Shown piece by piece: positions 55,431 through 64,000 of a stretch of 64,000 bases of DNA. Position 1 is the first letter of the stretch; each line of letters begins with the position of its first letter. Position numbers and translations under genes: made by a program. Where the stretch lies: the IMG/VR virus record IMGVR_UViG_3300031369_000001, positions 1-64,000 of that record; one strand, 5' to 3'. This stretch comes from a virus. A model generated the notes under the pieces. It worked only from the letters and a program-made list of their open reading frames with translations. It was not told the origin of the DNA and did no database searches.

Positions 55431-55811
55431 ATGGAGAAGAAAAGAATTTTGGTAGTAGATGACGATCCATTAATTTGTAAAATGATTAAACGTTGCATAA
55501 GAATTTTTATTAAATATCCTATATTAAAAGTGAAATGGGCATTTAGTGTTAGGCAAGCTATAAAGACTATAGATAACAGTCATAAAAAATATAGTCTAGT
55601 GATTACTGATTGGGATTGTTCCCAAGAGAATGATGGATTTAAAGTTGTTTCTTGTGCATTGGGGAATGGTATCCATTGTATTGTGTACACAGGTGATTCT
55701 TTATCTGCAAAATGTTTTTTAAAGAATTATGGAATAGAAATACCCATTATTGACAAAGTAGCTGATATTACGAAATTAATGGAGGTTATAAATGGAATTA
55801 TCATTAGATGA
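55431..55811 (+). CDS. stand-alone response-regulator receiver (REC) domain
   Basis: RILVVDDD, LVITD (phosphoacceptor), DG, YTG, DK; AGGAGG RBS. Confidence 0.8.
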   Translation: MEKKRILVVDDDPLICKMIKRCIRIFIKYPILKVKWAFSVRQAIKTIDNSHKKYSLVITDWDCSQENDGFKVVSCALGNGIHCIVYTGDSLSAKCFLKNYGIEIPIIDKVADITKLMEVINGIIIR

Positions 55812-56577
55812 TAAACATTTAAACACTTCATATCAAGAATTATTTGATGCAAATATAAAATTAGTATACCATTATGTTAAAAAACATTCTTATTTTTCCG
55901 ATGAGTTGGAAAAGGAAGATGTTTTACAAGACGGTAAACTAGGACTATTCTTAGCAGCTAAAACTTTTGATCCTAATAAAAATGTAGCTTTTTCTACTTG
56001 GGCATATTATTGGATAAAAGCCATTATTACTCGTTCTCAGGCCAAGTTTACATTTTTAAAATGGCCAAATAAAAAATATATTATCCGGACTAAAATTATT
56101 CAATTTTGGGGGAAGTACTACAATTCACATGGAGAAAATCCAGAATTAGACGACATTATTAATGCTTTAGAAGATTTGGACGCATATATGCCTATAACTT
56201 CTAAAGATATTACCATTGTTTATAATAATATAACAATGTTCAAAAAATCATTAACTAATAAAACAGGGGAAGCTAATCAAGACTTTTCAGATTATGGTAA
56301 TGAAATTCTATTAGAGAGTATAATGGTTCCGCAGGAATCAGCTGAAGATAGACTAGTAAAAAAAAGGTCGGTTGAGTTAAATAAATGTTTGTACAAATTG
56401 CCATATTTTGAACGTTTTATAATTGAAAAAAGATATTTGGAAGAATATACTTTAGAGGATATCAGAAATTTATGGAGTGAAATTACTGGAAAGACGTATA
56501 CACGAGAATGGATACGCCAAAAAGAAAAAACAGCATTAAAGAAAATGAAACGATTTATGGAGGAATTTGATGTCTAA
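55792..56577 (+). CDS. sigma-70-family RNA polymerase sigma factor
   Basis: Region 2 N..LV...EDV.QDG..GL..A...FDP.K...FST.A..WI; region 4 TL.DI...TRE.IRQ.E..AL.K. Confidence 0.9.
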   Translation: MELSLDDKHLNTSYQELFDANIKLVYHYVKKHSYFSDELEKEDVLQDGKLGLFLAAKTFDPNKNVAFSTWAYYWIKAIITRSQAKFTFLKWPNKKYIIRTKIIQFWGKYYNSHGENPELDDIINALEDLDAYMPITSKDITIVYNNITMFKKSLTNKTGEANQDFSDYGNEILLESIMVPQESAEDRLVKKRSVELNKCLYKLPYFERFIIEKRYLEEYTLEDIRNLWSEITGKTYTREWIRQKEKTALKKMKRFMEEFDV

Positions 56578-56908
56578 GTTATTTTATATATTTCTAATAG
56601 TTGTTACTTGCACGCCATTTGTAATTTATCAATACATAACATATGAGTTATATGATTATACCGGTAAGGTTTATGAAGAATCTTATATTACGGTAAAAGA
56701 TTATGAGTCTATTAACGACTTACCAGTTTATAAGCAATTAAAACAAATACAAAATAGAAAAGAAAAATGTGATAGGATATGTCGGTTGGCTAAGTATTTG
56801 TATAGAAAAGAAATGAAAAGATTAAATGATTGGTGGTACACATGGGATCAACTTGTAAAAGCAAAAAAGGAGAGATTACGTGAAAAGAGTAGCAATAAAA
56901 ACAGATAG
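56570..56908 (+). CDS. membrane-anchored hypothetical protein
   Basis: GGAGG RBS; N-terminal hydrophobic segment. Confidence 0.55.
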   Translation: MSKLFYIFLIVVTCTPFVIYQYITYELYDYTGKVYEESYITVKDYESINDLPVYKQLKQIQNRKEKCDRICRLAKYLYRKEMKRLNDWWYTWDQLVKAKKERLREKSSNKNR

Positions 56909-57332
56909 CTGTGATTGTGTCTATTGTAGGTACCCGGTTACTCCAGAAGTTCATGACAAGAGGTTTATTGCTGAAGCGGTTGCAATTCGGCAATATATAA
57001 AGTTAGATCAATTACCTAATTTACAAAAAGCATTAGAAAAAGCTTCAGTTAATTCGGAAATTTGGTTGGAGATAGTGTTCTTGCTTAAAAAAATTATTGA
57101 AGATAAGATAGCTTTAACGGAAGTTATTTCTCATGCTTCCATTGGTTTAATTCATTCTGAATGGTATAAAATAGGGGATTATTTGCGGAAACGGGCAAAA
57201 GACTATAGGAAAAATGCATCTATAGAAAGAAAGGATAACGAAATTGAGGGAGCTGCTATTTGGGAAGGAGTTGCTGAGGACCTAGAATCTTGCGCGTATG
57301 CTATTGATAACGGGATGCATTGGAATAAGTAG
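56880..57332 (+). CDS. hypothetical protein (MKRVAIK)
   Basis: AAGGAG RBS, GTG start. Confidence 0.65.
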   Translation: MKRVAIKTDSCDCVYCRYPVTPEVHDKRFIAEAVAIRQYIKLDQLPNLQKALEKASVNSEIWLEIVFLLKKIIEDKIALTEVISHASIGLIHSEWYKIGDYLRKRAKDYRKNASIERKDNEIEGAAIWEGVAEDLESCAYAIDNGMHWNK

Positions 57333-57380
57333 ACTCTATAAATTACCTACTATTATTTTTAGTTTTTCTTTTATTATTAG

Positions 57381-57458
57381 TAAGTTATACGTTAATTAAG
57401 GTATAACTTATCCGTAATGCATAAATTCTATTGACAAAATTTCAAATTTAATTACATT
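57381..57458 (+). promoter_or_regulatory. palindrome plus sigma-70-like promoter ahead of head operon
   Basis: TAAGTTATAC...GTATAACTTA (57381-57410); TTGACA at 57431, N16, TACATT. Confidence 0.5.
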
Positions 57459-57530
57459 CTTATATAGATAACGCGATAAGCCTACCTGTGTGCAAACACA
57501 ATTGAGGCAAATAGCATATAAAGGTGCTAA

Positions 57531-58322
57531 ATGCCTCAAGAAATTCCTACAAATGATTTTAGACTTTCTGTAGGAGAAGCTTCTTTTTTTACAAAAGCTT
57601 CAGCTCCCGAAGGACAACAACGTCGAATAGGTGGTGTTGTTTCTACAGAAACTCCGGATAGACAAGAAGAAACTCTTATTCAAAATGGTTTAGATTTTTC
57701 TGAATTTGTAAAATATGGTTGGTTTAATGACAACCATTCTAATCCTAAAGTGAGTCATACCTGTAATTTAGTAGGGTATCCTGAGTTAACTGAACGTTTT
57801 CAAAAAGGTGATAGGTTGCCTGATGGAAAAATTGCAAAAGCAGATTGTCATTGGGCAGAGGGGTATTTGTTAGAAGGTTATTCACCTGCTGATGAATTGT
57901 GGAATCTTGCCTGTGCCTTAAATAAGACCCCCCGTAGATTGGGTTTTTCAGTTGAAGGTAAAATTCAACGAAGAGATCCATTAAATAAGTCTACTGTTAC
58001 AAAGGCAATTGTTAGAGAAGTAGCAATTACAAAAGCCCCTGTTAATACAGATACACAATTAAATATATTAGCAAAGGCTCTTTCTATGGGTACTTCTATT
58101 CCAGGCAATTCTGTCGATGGAGATAAAACCGGGGAAAATGCTGGGCAAGTTCTTGCTCAGGAATCCTTAGAGAAGAAAAAGAAAAAGAATTTAAAAAAAG
58201 GTTTAACGGATAGTCAAGCGTTTGCTTGGTTATCTAATCATTTACCCAATATATCCCCTGAATTAAAAGGGAGAATAATCTCGTTGACTCGGGATTTAAA
58301 ATTGCAAAATAAATTGCATTAA
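57531..58322 (+). CDS. prohead (maturation) protease
   Basis: IGG..ST...D.Q.E....GLD...F...G.FNDNH, LGFSVEG, VAIT..PVN..T; SPO1/Twort-like; two genes before the MCP. Confidence 0.88.
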   Translation: MPQEIPTNDFRLSVGEASFFTKASAPEGQQRRIGGVVSTETPDRQEETLIQNGLDFSEFVKYGWFNDNHSNPKVSHTCNLVGYPELTERFQKGDRLPDGKIAKADCHWAEGYLLEGYSPADELWNLACALNKTPRRLGFSVEGKIQRRDPLNKSTVTKAIVREVAITKAPVNTDTQLNILAKALSMGTSIPGNSVDGDKTGENAGQVLAQESLEKKKKKNLKKGLTDSQAFAWLSNHLPNISPELKGRIISLTRDLKLQNKLH

Positions 58323-58338
58323 TTAAAAGGAGTTAGTT

Positions 58339-59157
58339 ATGAAAAGACAGCCAATGCAAAATGATGATGAGATGAAGAACAAGAAAGATCAGATGGATGA
58401 GGATAACGAAGATTCTCAAATGGAAGAAGAAGAAAAGTCTTGCGGTACTAAGAAATCACAAGACCTAACCGAAGATGACCTCAGTAAAGCTGTTGAGGTA
58501 TTAAATGATTATGTCAATACGACTGATCCAAATTCTCGAAAAGAGACTTTATTGAAAAAAGCAATGACTGATGATCTTTCTTCTGAAGAGATGAATGAAC
58601 TATTTAAATCTTTAAGTGGTTCTGAAAATTCAAATACGGAAGAAGTTAATGATTTTTCTGATTCTGTTCTTAATTCATTAGAATCTGATACTATTCAGAA
58701 ATCATTAGATGTTTCTGATTATTTAACAGAATTGCATAGTGGATTAGTTAAATCGCTTAGTACGTTAGAAGGAGAATTAAATAGTAATGCTATGCGTCAG
58801 CATACATTTAATATTACTCTTGCTAAGAGCATGGTTTCTGTTGTTACTGGGTTACAGCGTACAATGAATGTTATTTCTGAATTAAAAAAATCTATGGACA
58901 ATTATAGTGAAGCCCCTATTAGAAAGCCAACATCTGTTCAACCTTTAAACAAAGCTTTTGTTGGACACAATGGGCAAGAAGGGCAGTCTTTAAAGAAATC
59001 TGAAATGATGGGACAATTACTCTATCTTGCAGAGCAAGGAGTTGATAACATTGGGGGAGTTAGTGTAAATCATGCGGTTGCTTTACTGGAAAGTAGCAAT
59101 CAATTACCTAATCAAGTTGTTAGTGCTTTAAAAGCTAGACAAGGAGCTACTGCTTAA
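58339..59157 (+). CDS. scaffold-like head assembly protein
   Basis: Acidic/helical, between protease and MCP, about 12 K|[SA] sites. Confidence 0.7.
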   Translation: MKRQPMQNDDEMKNKKDQMDEDNEDSQMEEEEKSCGTKKSQDLTEDDLSKAVEVLNDYVNTTDPNSRKETLLKKAMTDDLSSEEMNELFKSLSGSENSNTEEVNDFSDSVLNSLESDTIQKSLDVSDYLTELHSGLVKSLSTLEGELNSNAMRQHTFNITLAKSMVSVVTGLQRTMNVISELKKSMDNYSEAPIRKPTSVQPLNKAFVGHNGQEGQSLKKSEMMGQLLYLAEQGVDNIGGVSVNHAVALLESSNQLPNQVVSALKARQGATA

Positions 59158-59158
59158 T

Positions 59159-59196
59159 AATGAGGGCAGAGCTTATATATAATTGTGCCCTCATTG
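59159..59196 (+). other. stem-loop before MCP RBS (AATGAGGGCA / TGCCCTCATT)
   Basis: 10-bp perfect stem; possible processing or stabilising hairpin. Confidence 0.55.
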
Positions 59197-59215
59197 GGCT
59201 TAAAAGGAGTTAAAA

Positions 59216-60646
59216 ATGTTAGAGAACATGGTTAGTTTTTCAGATTATGATGGCATCGAGGGATATGGAAGTGTTCAGCAGCAAGAAGTAGTTGACTTGA
59301 ATAAAGCTTTAACTGCTGGACAAGATATAGCGGCGCCTACTGTTGCTGCTGGAGAAGGCTTTCCTTTACGGGTTGAGTCTTTAGAGAATACCTTAAAAAC
59401 GGTTACCTTTACGGCAAAAGAAATTGTTTTTTGGAAAGCTATTCCCAAAATCCCTGCATACAATACGGTGGAAGAGCATAATCAGATTTCGAATTATGGA
59501 TCTAATGAGGATTCTGGATTCATTCCGGAAGGTGCGCTTCCTGAAAGTGATGATTCTACTTATGCGCGAAAGTACGCGGTGGTAAAGTTTTTAGGTACTA
59601 CTCGATCTGTAACTCATGTAATGAGTCTCGTTCGGCCAGCGCATGGTAACGTTATCGCCAATGAAACCGTTAATGGAACATTGCATTTACTTCGTATTTT
59701 GGAAAAAGCTCTTTATTACGCGGATTCTTCTTTATCTGCTGTTCAATTTGATGGCTTTAATAAGCTAATTACGGATAATGCAGATTCTGATCATGTATTA
59801 GATTTAAGAGGAGCGCCTCTTACCGAGGATATTTTATCGGACGCAGTAGCTACTGTTAGAACTTCTTATGGATTTCCTACTCATCTTCATTTAAACCATA
59901 AGACTAAGTCGGAATTAACTAAGACATTTTTCCCCAAAGAGCGACATAATACTTTTACTGATAATAGTGGTATTATTGGTAATAACATTACTGGGTTTAC
60001 TTCTGAATCAGGTATCGTTCAATTTGTAAGTAATACTTTTCTTACTGGTAACACTGCTTCTTATAATTCCGCAGCAATTGGGGACGCAACTAAAATCCCT
60101 GGAACACCTACTATCAGTACTTCATTAGCTGCTTCTGGTACGGCAGCTCCGTTATGGACTGCGGATGATGCTGGGAGCTATTATTGGACTGTCGTTGCGT
60201 GCAATCGTTATGGGAGGTCAGCTCCAGTGGACGCAAATGAGGCCGGAGGTGCTTTTGCCGTTGCCACTACGCAAACAGTTACTTTTGGTGTAACACCGTC
60301 AACTACTGGAGGTGCCGGGGCTACTGAATGGTACGAAATTTATCGTACTAAAAAGGGTGGGGCGGATGGTACGGAGAAATTAATTCAACGTATCGTGAAC
60401 TCTAATACTACAAGTGAACAAACAATTACGGATTTGAATGCAAGTCTCCCGGACACTACCAATGCCTTTTTACTTCAGCAGAATATTGATAGTCTTTCAT
60501 TTAAACAATTAGCTCCGATGGTTAAAATCCCATTAGCGACTATTGCGACAGCCGTTCGTTGGTGTCAGGTTCTTTATGGGGTTCCTGTGCTTTATGCCCC
60601 GAATAAGAATTTCTTATTTAAGAATGTGGGAAAGAATAACTACTAA
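59216..60646 (+). CDS. major capsid protein
   Basis: LNK|ALTAG, LRVESL...L, E......D....R.....KF, FDG..KL, V.DLRG..L, P..K.PLA...YG...L.AP; SPO1/Twort-like pattern. Confidence 0.92.
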   Translation: MLENMVSFSDYDGIEGYGSVQQQEVVDLNKALTAGQDIAAPTVAAGEGFPLRVESLENTLKTVTFTAKEIVFWKAIPKIPAYNTVEEHNQISNYGSNEDSGFIPEGALPESDDSTYARKYAVVKFLGTTRSVTHVMSLVRPAHGNVIANETVNGTLHLLRILEKALYYADSSLSAVQFDGFNKLITDNADSDHVLDLRGAPLTEDILSDAVATVRTSYGFPTHLHLNHKTKSELTKTFFPKERHNTFTDNSGIIGNNITGFTSESGIVQFVSNTFLTGNTASYNSAAIGDATKIPGTPTISTSLAASGTAAPLWTADDAGSYYWTVVACNRYGRSAPVDANEAGGAFAVATTQTVTFGVTPSTTGGAGATEWYEIYRTKKGGADGTEKLIQRIVNSNTTSEQTITDLNASLPDTTNAFLLQQNIDSLSFKQLAPMVKIPLATIATAVRWCQVLYGVPVLYAPNKNFLFKNVGKNNY

Positions 60647-60670
60647 TTGTTATTCGATGTAGATATTACC

Positions 60671-60706
60671 AATAAAGAAAGTTAGGGGGACTTTCTTTAT
60701 TATTTC
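60671..60706 (+). terminator. terminator-like hairpin after MCP
   Basis: AATAAAGAAAGT / ACTTTCTTTATT stem plus T-rich tail. Confidence 0.6.
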
Positions 60707-60721
60707 TAAAGGGAGTACATT

Positions 60722-61042
60722 ATGCCAAAAATGAAAAATATTTTACCTCATATGAGAAACAATAAAGTAAGGGTTAATGGTAATTCTTACAAATTGAATA
60801 ATGAGGGTGAAGCATTTATTGAGGATGAAATAGCTATTGGAATATTATTGCAAGATTCTGCATGGAGAAAGGTAATTGATAGGATTCCTATTAAGTCACC
60901 CTTAGAAGATGGTATTGATTACTCTAAAATGCATAAAGATGAGCTGATAGCTTTACTTAATTATAAAAATATTGAATTTGATCCAAAAGCTAAAAAAGCC
61001 GAGCTAATACAGTTAGTTCAGCAATTACCATTAGGAGAGTAA
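60722..61042 (+). CDS. protein with C-terminal HeH/LEM-like domain
   Basis: YSKM.KDEL..LL....IEF...AKKAELI.L; typical post-MCP gene. Confidence 0.7.
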   Translation: MPKMKNILPHMRNNKVRVNGNSYKLNNEGEAFIEDEIAIGILLQDSAWRKVIDRIPIKSPLEDGIDYSKMHKDELIALLNYKNIEFDPKAKKAELIQLVQQLPLGE

Positions 61043-61047
61043 ATATT

Positions 61048-61368
61048 ATGGAAAAATTTAAAGATTATGATCCAATTTTCGCAAAACATGGTATTGACAA
61101 CGTTTGCGCTGCTGGTAAACCTGGTGTAGGTGTACAGGGATTAACTTATACTATGGTTAGTGGTGGCGCAATTGTATTTGCTGCACAAGGATTGGCGAAT
61201 ATGGCTTCAGCTAGTTACCAGGTTCTTGTTCAAAATCAAACCGATATAGCTGATCCATCTACAGTGGGAACTAAAACTACTACTGGTTTTGTAATTACTG
61301 GCCCCGATGCGGATGATGTATTAGACATCGTGGTCGTTGGTCAGATTGCAGGACAAAAGGCTAGTTAA
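61048..61368 (+). CDS. probable virion structural protein
   Basis: M....YQV......KTTTGF.I......D.VV.G pattern. Confidence 0.6.
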   Translation: MEKFKDYDPIFAKHGIDNVCAAGKPGVGVQGLTYTMVSGGAIVFAAQGLANMASASYQVLVQNQTDIADPSTVGTKTTTGFVITGPDADDVLDIVVVGQIAGQKAS

Positions 61369-61658
61369 TGAGTTTACTGTATACAAGAAGTGGTAAACCT
61401 CATATATTTAATGACACTATTAGTACTACTGGAAGAATGCATGATTTTAGGGGGTACTCTAAGTGGTTAAGAATTACTGCTACCACAAATCCTTGTTTAA
61501 TTTACTTTACTGAAGAAGATTTTACTTCTGGAACTAATTTTATTACTGTAGCTACGGCAACTCCTTTCGAGGCACCTTTAGAAATTAATAAGATTTGGAT
61601 AAAAGGTAGTGGTGGTGATTCCGATGTGGCATTAGTGGCTTCTATACGTTTAAATTAG
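61368..61658 (+). CDS. probable virion structural protein
   Basis: Small beta-rich; coupled. Confidence 0.55.
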   Translation: MSLLYTRSGKPHIFNDTISTTGRMHDFRGYSKWLRITATTNPCLIYFTEEDFTSGTNFITVATATPFEAPLEINKIWIKGSGGDSDVALVASIRLN

Positions 61659-61694
61659 TGCCTAGTTCTTTTACTTTTAATTTTGGAGGATTAT

Positions 61695-63704
61695 ATGCCT
61701 ATTGCGCAATTTTATGCAATAAAGGATAATCGTTATAAAGTTGTAACTGGTCAAATAGACGGTACTAATCCTCCTATTCCTGGAACAATTGATCGAGTTT
61801 TCGTATGTACAACTTCAGGGGGGGTTTTTACTCTTAACTATTTATATTATGATAATGGTATTGATTGGATAGAAATTGTACCTTTTAATGAATTACTTAT
61901 TAGCGTAACTTTAGATTTATTAGGAGGTAGTACCGAATTTAAGGAATATAGATTATATACTTGGGGAATAGGAGATTCTTCGTGGCATATTCTTAGTGAA
62001 GTTATTATTGCAGGGGGGGATGTTCAAGGTCCTATTTCTTCTACGGATAATGCAATAGTTAGATTTGATTCTACTACTGGTAAACTAATACAGAATAGTA
62101 ACGTAATTCTTAATGATGATGGTGATATTGAAACTAGTGGTACAATTACTTCGAATTTAATTAATGGTAGAGATATAGCTACTGATGGAAGTAACTTAGA
62201 CTCTCATATATCGGATGATTCTATCCATTATGTCCAAACTTCAATAGACCATACAAATATACAAAATATTGGAGCTAATACCCATGCAGAAATTGATGAT
62301 CATATTTCTGATGGGGATAATCCACATGCCGTAACTAAAACCCAAATAGGATTGTCTAATGTCACAAATGATTCTCAATTAAAACGTAGTGCTTCGGATT
62401 TTAATAGTTTTGATTTAAAAGCTTCTCCAGTATCAGGGGATATAGTTTTAGTAGAAAATAGTGAAGATGCTAATAATAAAAATAAAATAACCATAGGATC
62501 TATTTCTCATACAGTTTTAGCTGATATAGGTGTTAAATCACATACAACCATTGATACACATATCGATGATAGTACTATACATTATGCTCAAACACTTATT
62601 GATCATACGAATCTTTTAAATAAAGGAACTAATACTCATAGTGCTATAGATTCTCATATATCTAGTAACTCTAATCCTCATTCTATTACTAAAACCCAAA
62701 TAGGTCTTGAAAATGTAACTAATGATTCTCAATTGAAAAGAAGCGCTAATGATTTTTCTTCTTTTACCATTAAAGCTTCTCCAGTATCAGGAGACATAAT
62801 ACTTATAGAAGATAGTGTTGATTCTAATAATAAGAAGTATATTACGATAGGTGGAATTTCCCATACTATTTTGTCTAACATAGGAACTAATTCGCATATT
62901 GCTATTGATTCGCATATAAGTGACGGAACTCTTCATTACACACAATCCAATATAGATCATACTAGTATCCAAAACATTGGAACTAATTCACATACTGTCA
63001 TAGATACTCACATTTCGAATATTAGTAATCCACATACGGTTACAAAAACGCAAGTTAGCTTAGGGAACGTTACCAATGACGCTCAATTGAAAAGGAGTGC
63101 AAGTGATTTTTCTTCGTTTACTGTAAAAAGTACTCCGGTATCAGGCGATATAATTTTAATAGAAGATAGTGCTGATTCAGGAAGTAAGAAATATATTACC
63201 TTGGCTAATTTATTGGGAAATGTGAATGGTCCAGGTTCTTCTACGGATAATACAATAGTTAGATTTGATTCTACTACTGGTAAACTAATACAAGGTAGCA
63301 ATGTTACGATAAATGATACAGGTGATATGCATATGAATAATCATCATATCACCAATGCACAAACTATTACTTTTAATGACGTAGGTAGTGTTTCTCCTAG
63401 TGGGAGTACTATTACTTGTGAATTTGATGTTGATCAGAAAATAATTGCAGATTTAGATGATAATGCTTCTTTAACTATTCAATTAAACACTCCTATAGGT
63501 CCTGGAAATTTTGTTTTAGTTTTAAAGCAAGGAAGTAGTACTGCTACTACTTCTATTACATGGGTAACTGAGGGAACTCATGGTTTATACGGAGTATTAA
63601 ATTTTAGCACTGCTTTAGAGGCTAGAATATTTATAGGATTATTCTACGATGGAACAGATTGGTATGCTTTATCTAGTGATATGCCTCAAATATTAGGGAA
63701 TTAA
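61695..63704 (+). CDS. fibre-like virion protein with His-rich internal repeats
   Basis: GGAGG RBS; three ~120-aa repeats (NPH.VTK.Q..L.NVTND.QLKR) between two GP.SSTDN.IVRFDSTTGKLIQ.S motifs. Confidence 0.75.
   Translation: MPIAQFYAIKDNRYKVVTGQIDGTNPPIPGTIDRVFVCTTSGGVFTLNYLYYDNGIDWIEIVPFNELLISVTLDLLGGSTEFKEYRLYTWGIGDSSWHILSEVIIAGGDVQGPISSTDNAIVRFDSTTGKLIQNSNVILNDDGDIETSGTITSNLINGRDIATDGSNLDSHISDDSIHYVQTSIDHTNIQNIGANTHAEIDDHISDGDNPHAVTKTQIGLSNVTNDSQLKRSASDFNSFDLKASPVSGDIVLVENSEDANNKNKITIGSISHTVLADIGVKSHTTIDTHIDDSTIHYAQTLIDHTNLLNKGTNTHSAIDSHISSNSNPHSITKTQIGLENVTNDSQLKRSANDFSSFTIKASPVSGDIILIEDSVDSNNKKYITIGGISHTILSNIGTNSHIAIDSHISDGTLHYTQSNIDHTSIQNIGTNSHTVIDTHISNISNPHTVTKTQVSLGNVTNDAQLKRSASDFSSFTVKSTPVSGDIILIEDSADSGSKKYITLANLLGNVNGPGSSTDNTIVRFDSTTGKLIQGSNVTINDTGDMHMNNHHITNAQTITFNDVGSVSPSGSTITCEFDVDQKIIADLDDNASLTIQLNTPIGPGNFVLVLKQGSSTATTSITWVTEGTHGLYGVLNFSTALEARIFIGLFYDGTDWYALSSDMPQILGN
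62036..63292 (+). repeat. 57-bp repeat pair (62036-62092 / 63236-63292, 1 mismatch) enclosing three ~360-bp repeats
   Basis: Read directly. Confidence 0.85.
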
Positions 63705-63705
63705 T

Positions 63706-64000
63706 ATGGCTACTTCTTTTGTAAGCACATCTTCTGATTCTGATAGCTCTAGTTATTCTGTTTATCCTGTTGTCCCCGCTGGTGTCCAGGACGGTGATCT
63801 TTTAGTAGCGTTTGTTGGTGGCGTTGCGGCTGACACATCAGCAAGTGGCTGGACGTATTTAGGAGGGATCTCTGAATTTCGCGGGTTTTTTAAGGTTGCC
63901 AATTCGGAGAGTGGAACTTACACATTTAATCAGGTTGTCCAGGGGCCGCTTAGGGCACAGGTTGTTGCCTATAGGGGAGGATTCGACACATCGGATCCAA
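63706..64000 (+). CDS. probable virion protein, 3' truncated by window edge
   Basis: Open to the end: MATSFVS...PAGVQDGDLLVAFV...GWT...ESGTYTF; GC higher than neighbours. Confidence 0.65.
   Translation, partial: MATSFVSTSSDSDSSSYSVYPVVPAGVQDGDLLVAFVGGVAADTSASGWTYLGGISEFRGFFKVANSESGTYTFNQVVQGPLRAQVVAYRGGFDTSDP

Noticed and set aside
1-64000. Stop-codon reassignment
   Set aside because: Long conserved genes are intact in the standard code and TAA, TAG and TGA all end genes; only one isolated in-frame TAA was noted.
1-64000. tRNA, rRNA, transposase or integrase genes
   Set aside because: None recognised by eye; intergenic gaps are short. A tRNA scan would be needed to exclude them formally.

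Overview
A 64-kb, AT-rich, densely coding segment of a large tailed dsDNA phage, almost all on the + strand and read in the standard code. Its head module (portal, prohead protease, scaffold-like protein, major capsid) resembles SPO1/Twort-like phages. From left to right it holds: a recombination/replication block (Q/N/P-tailed SSB, RecA, SbcD/SbcC, RuvC, beta-clamp), a lytic transglycosylase, TerS-like and TerL genes, about 21 kb of small accessory genes opening with a GC-rich cassette-like island, the portal, two giant multidomain proteins, a divergent accessory locus, a receiver-domain protein and sigma factor, and then protease, scaffold, capsid and fibre-like genes. Four unusual signals stand out. 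(1) A putative head-packaged polyprotein system. HAD, SNF2, AT-hook and topoisomerase IB domains in one ORF, and MuF, InPase, zincin and ADP-ribosyltransferase domains in another, are bounded by the same (hydrophobic)-x-K|[SA] site predicted to mature the capsid protein. Four of the released modules would start with a shared FIGP[RK]GGKWA..EHTIP[WY] tag, encoded by 73-bp identical and 66-bp near-identical DNA repeats. (2) A short peptide motif, M-x-R-[IVT]-[PA]-I, starts many unrelated proteins (RuvC, TerS-like, TerL, MmcB-like and others). (3) Three sigma-54-type (-24/-12) promoters with IHF-like and enhancer-like upstream sites head the accessory operons. (4) A GC-rich array in which four consecutive genes end in GAC-TGA and are separated by shared structured spacers. 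All family calls come from motif recognition by eye; no database search was run. No tRNA, rRNA, CRISPR array, integrase or transposase was recognised.
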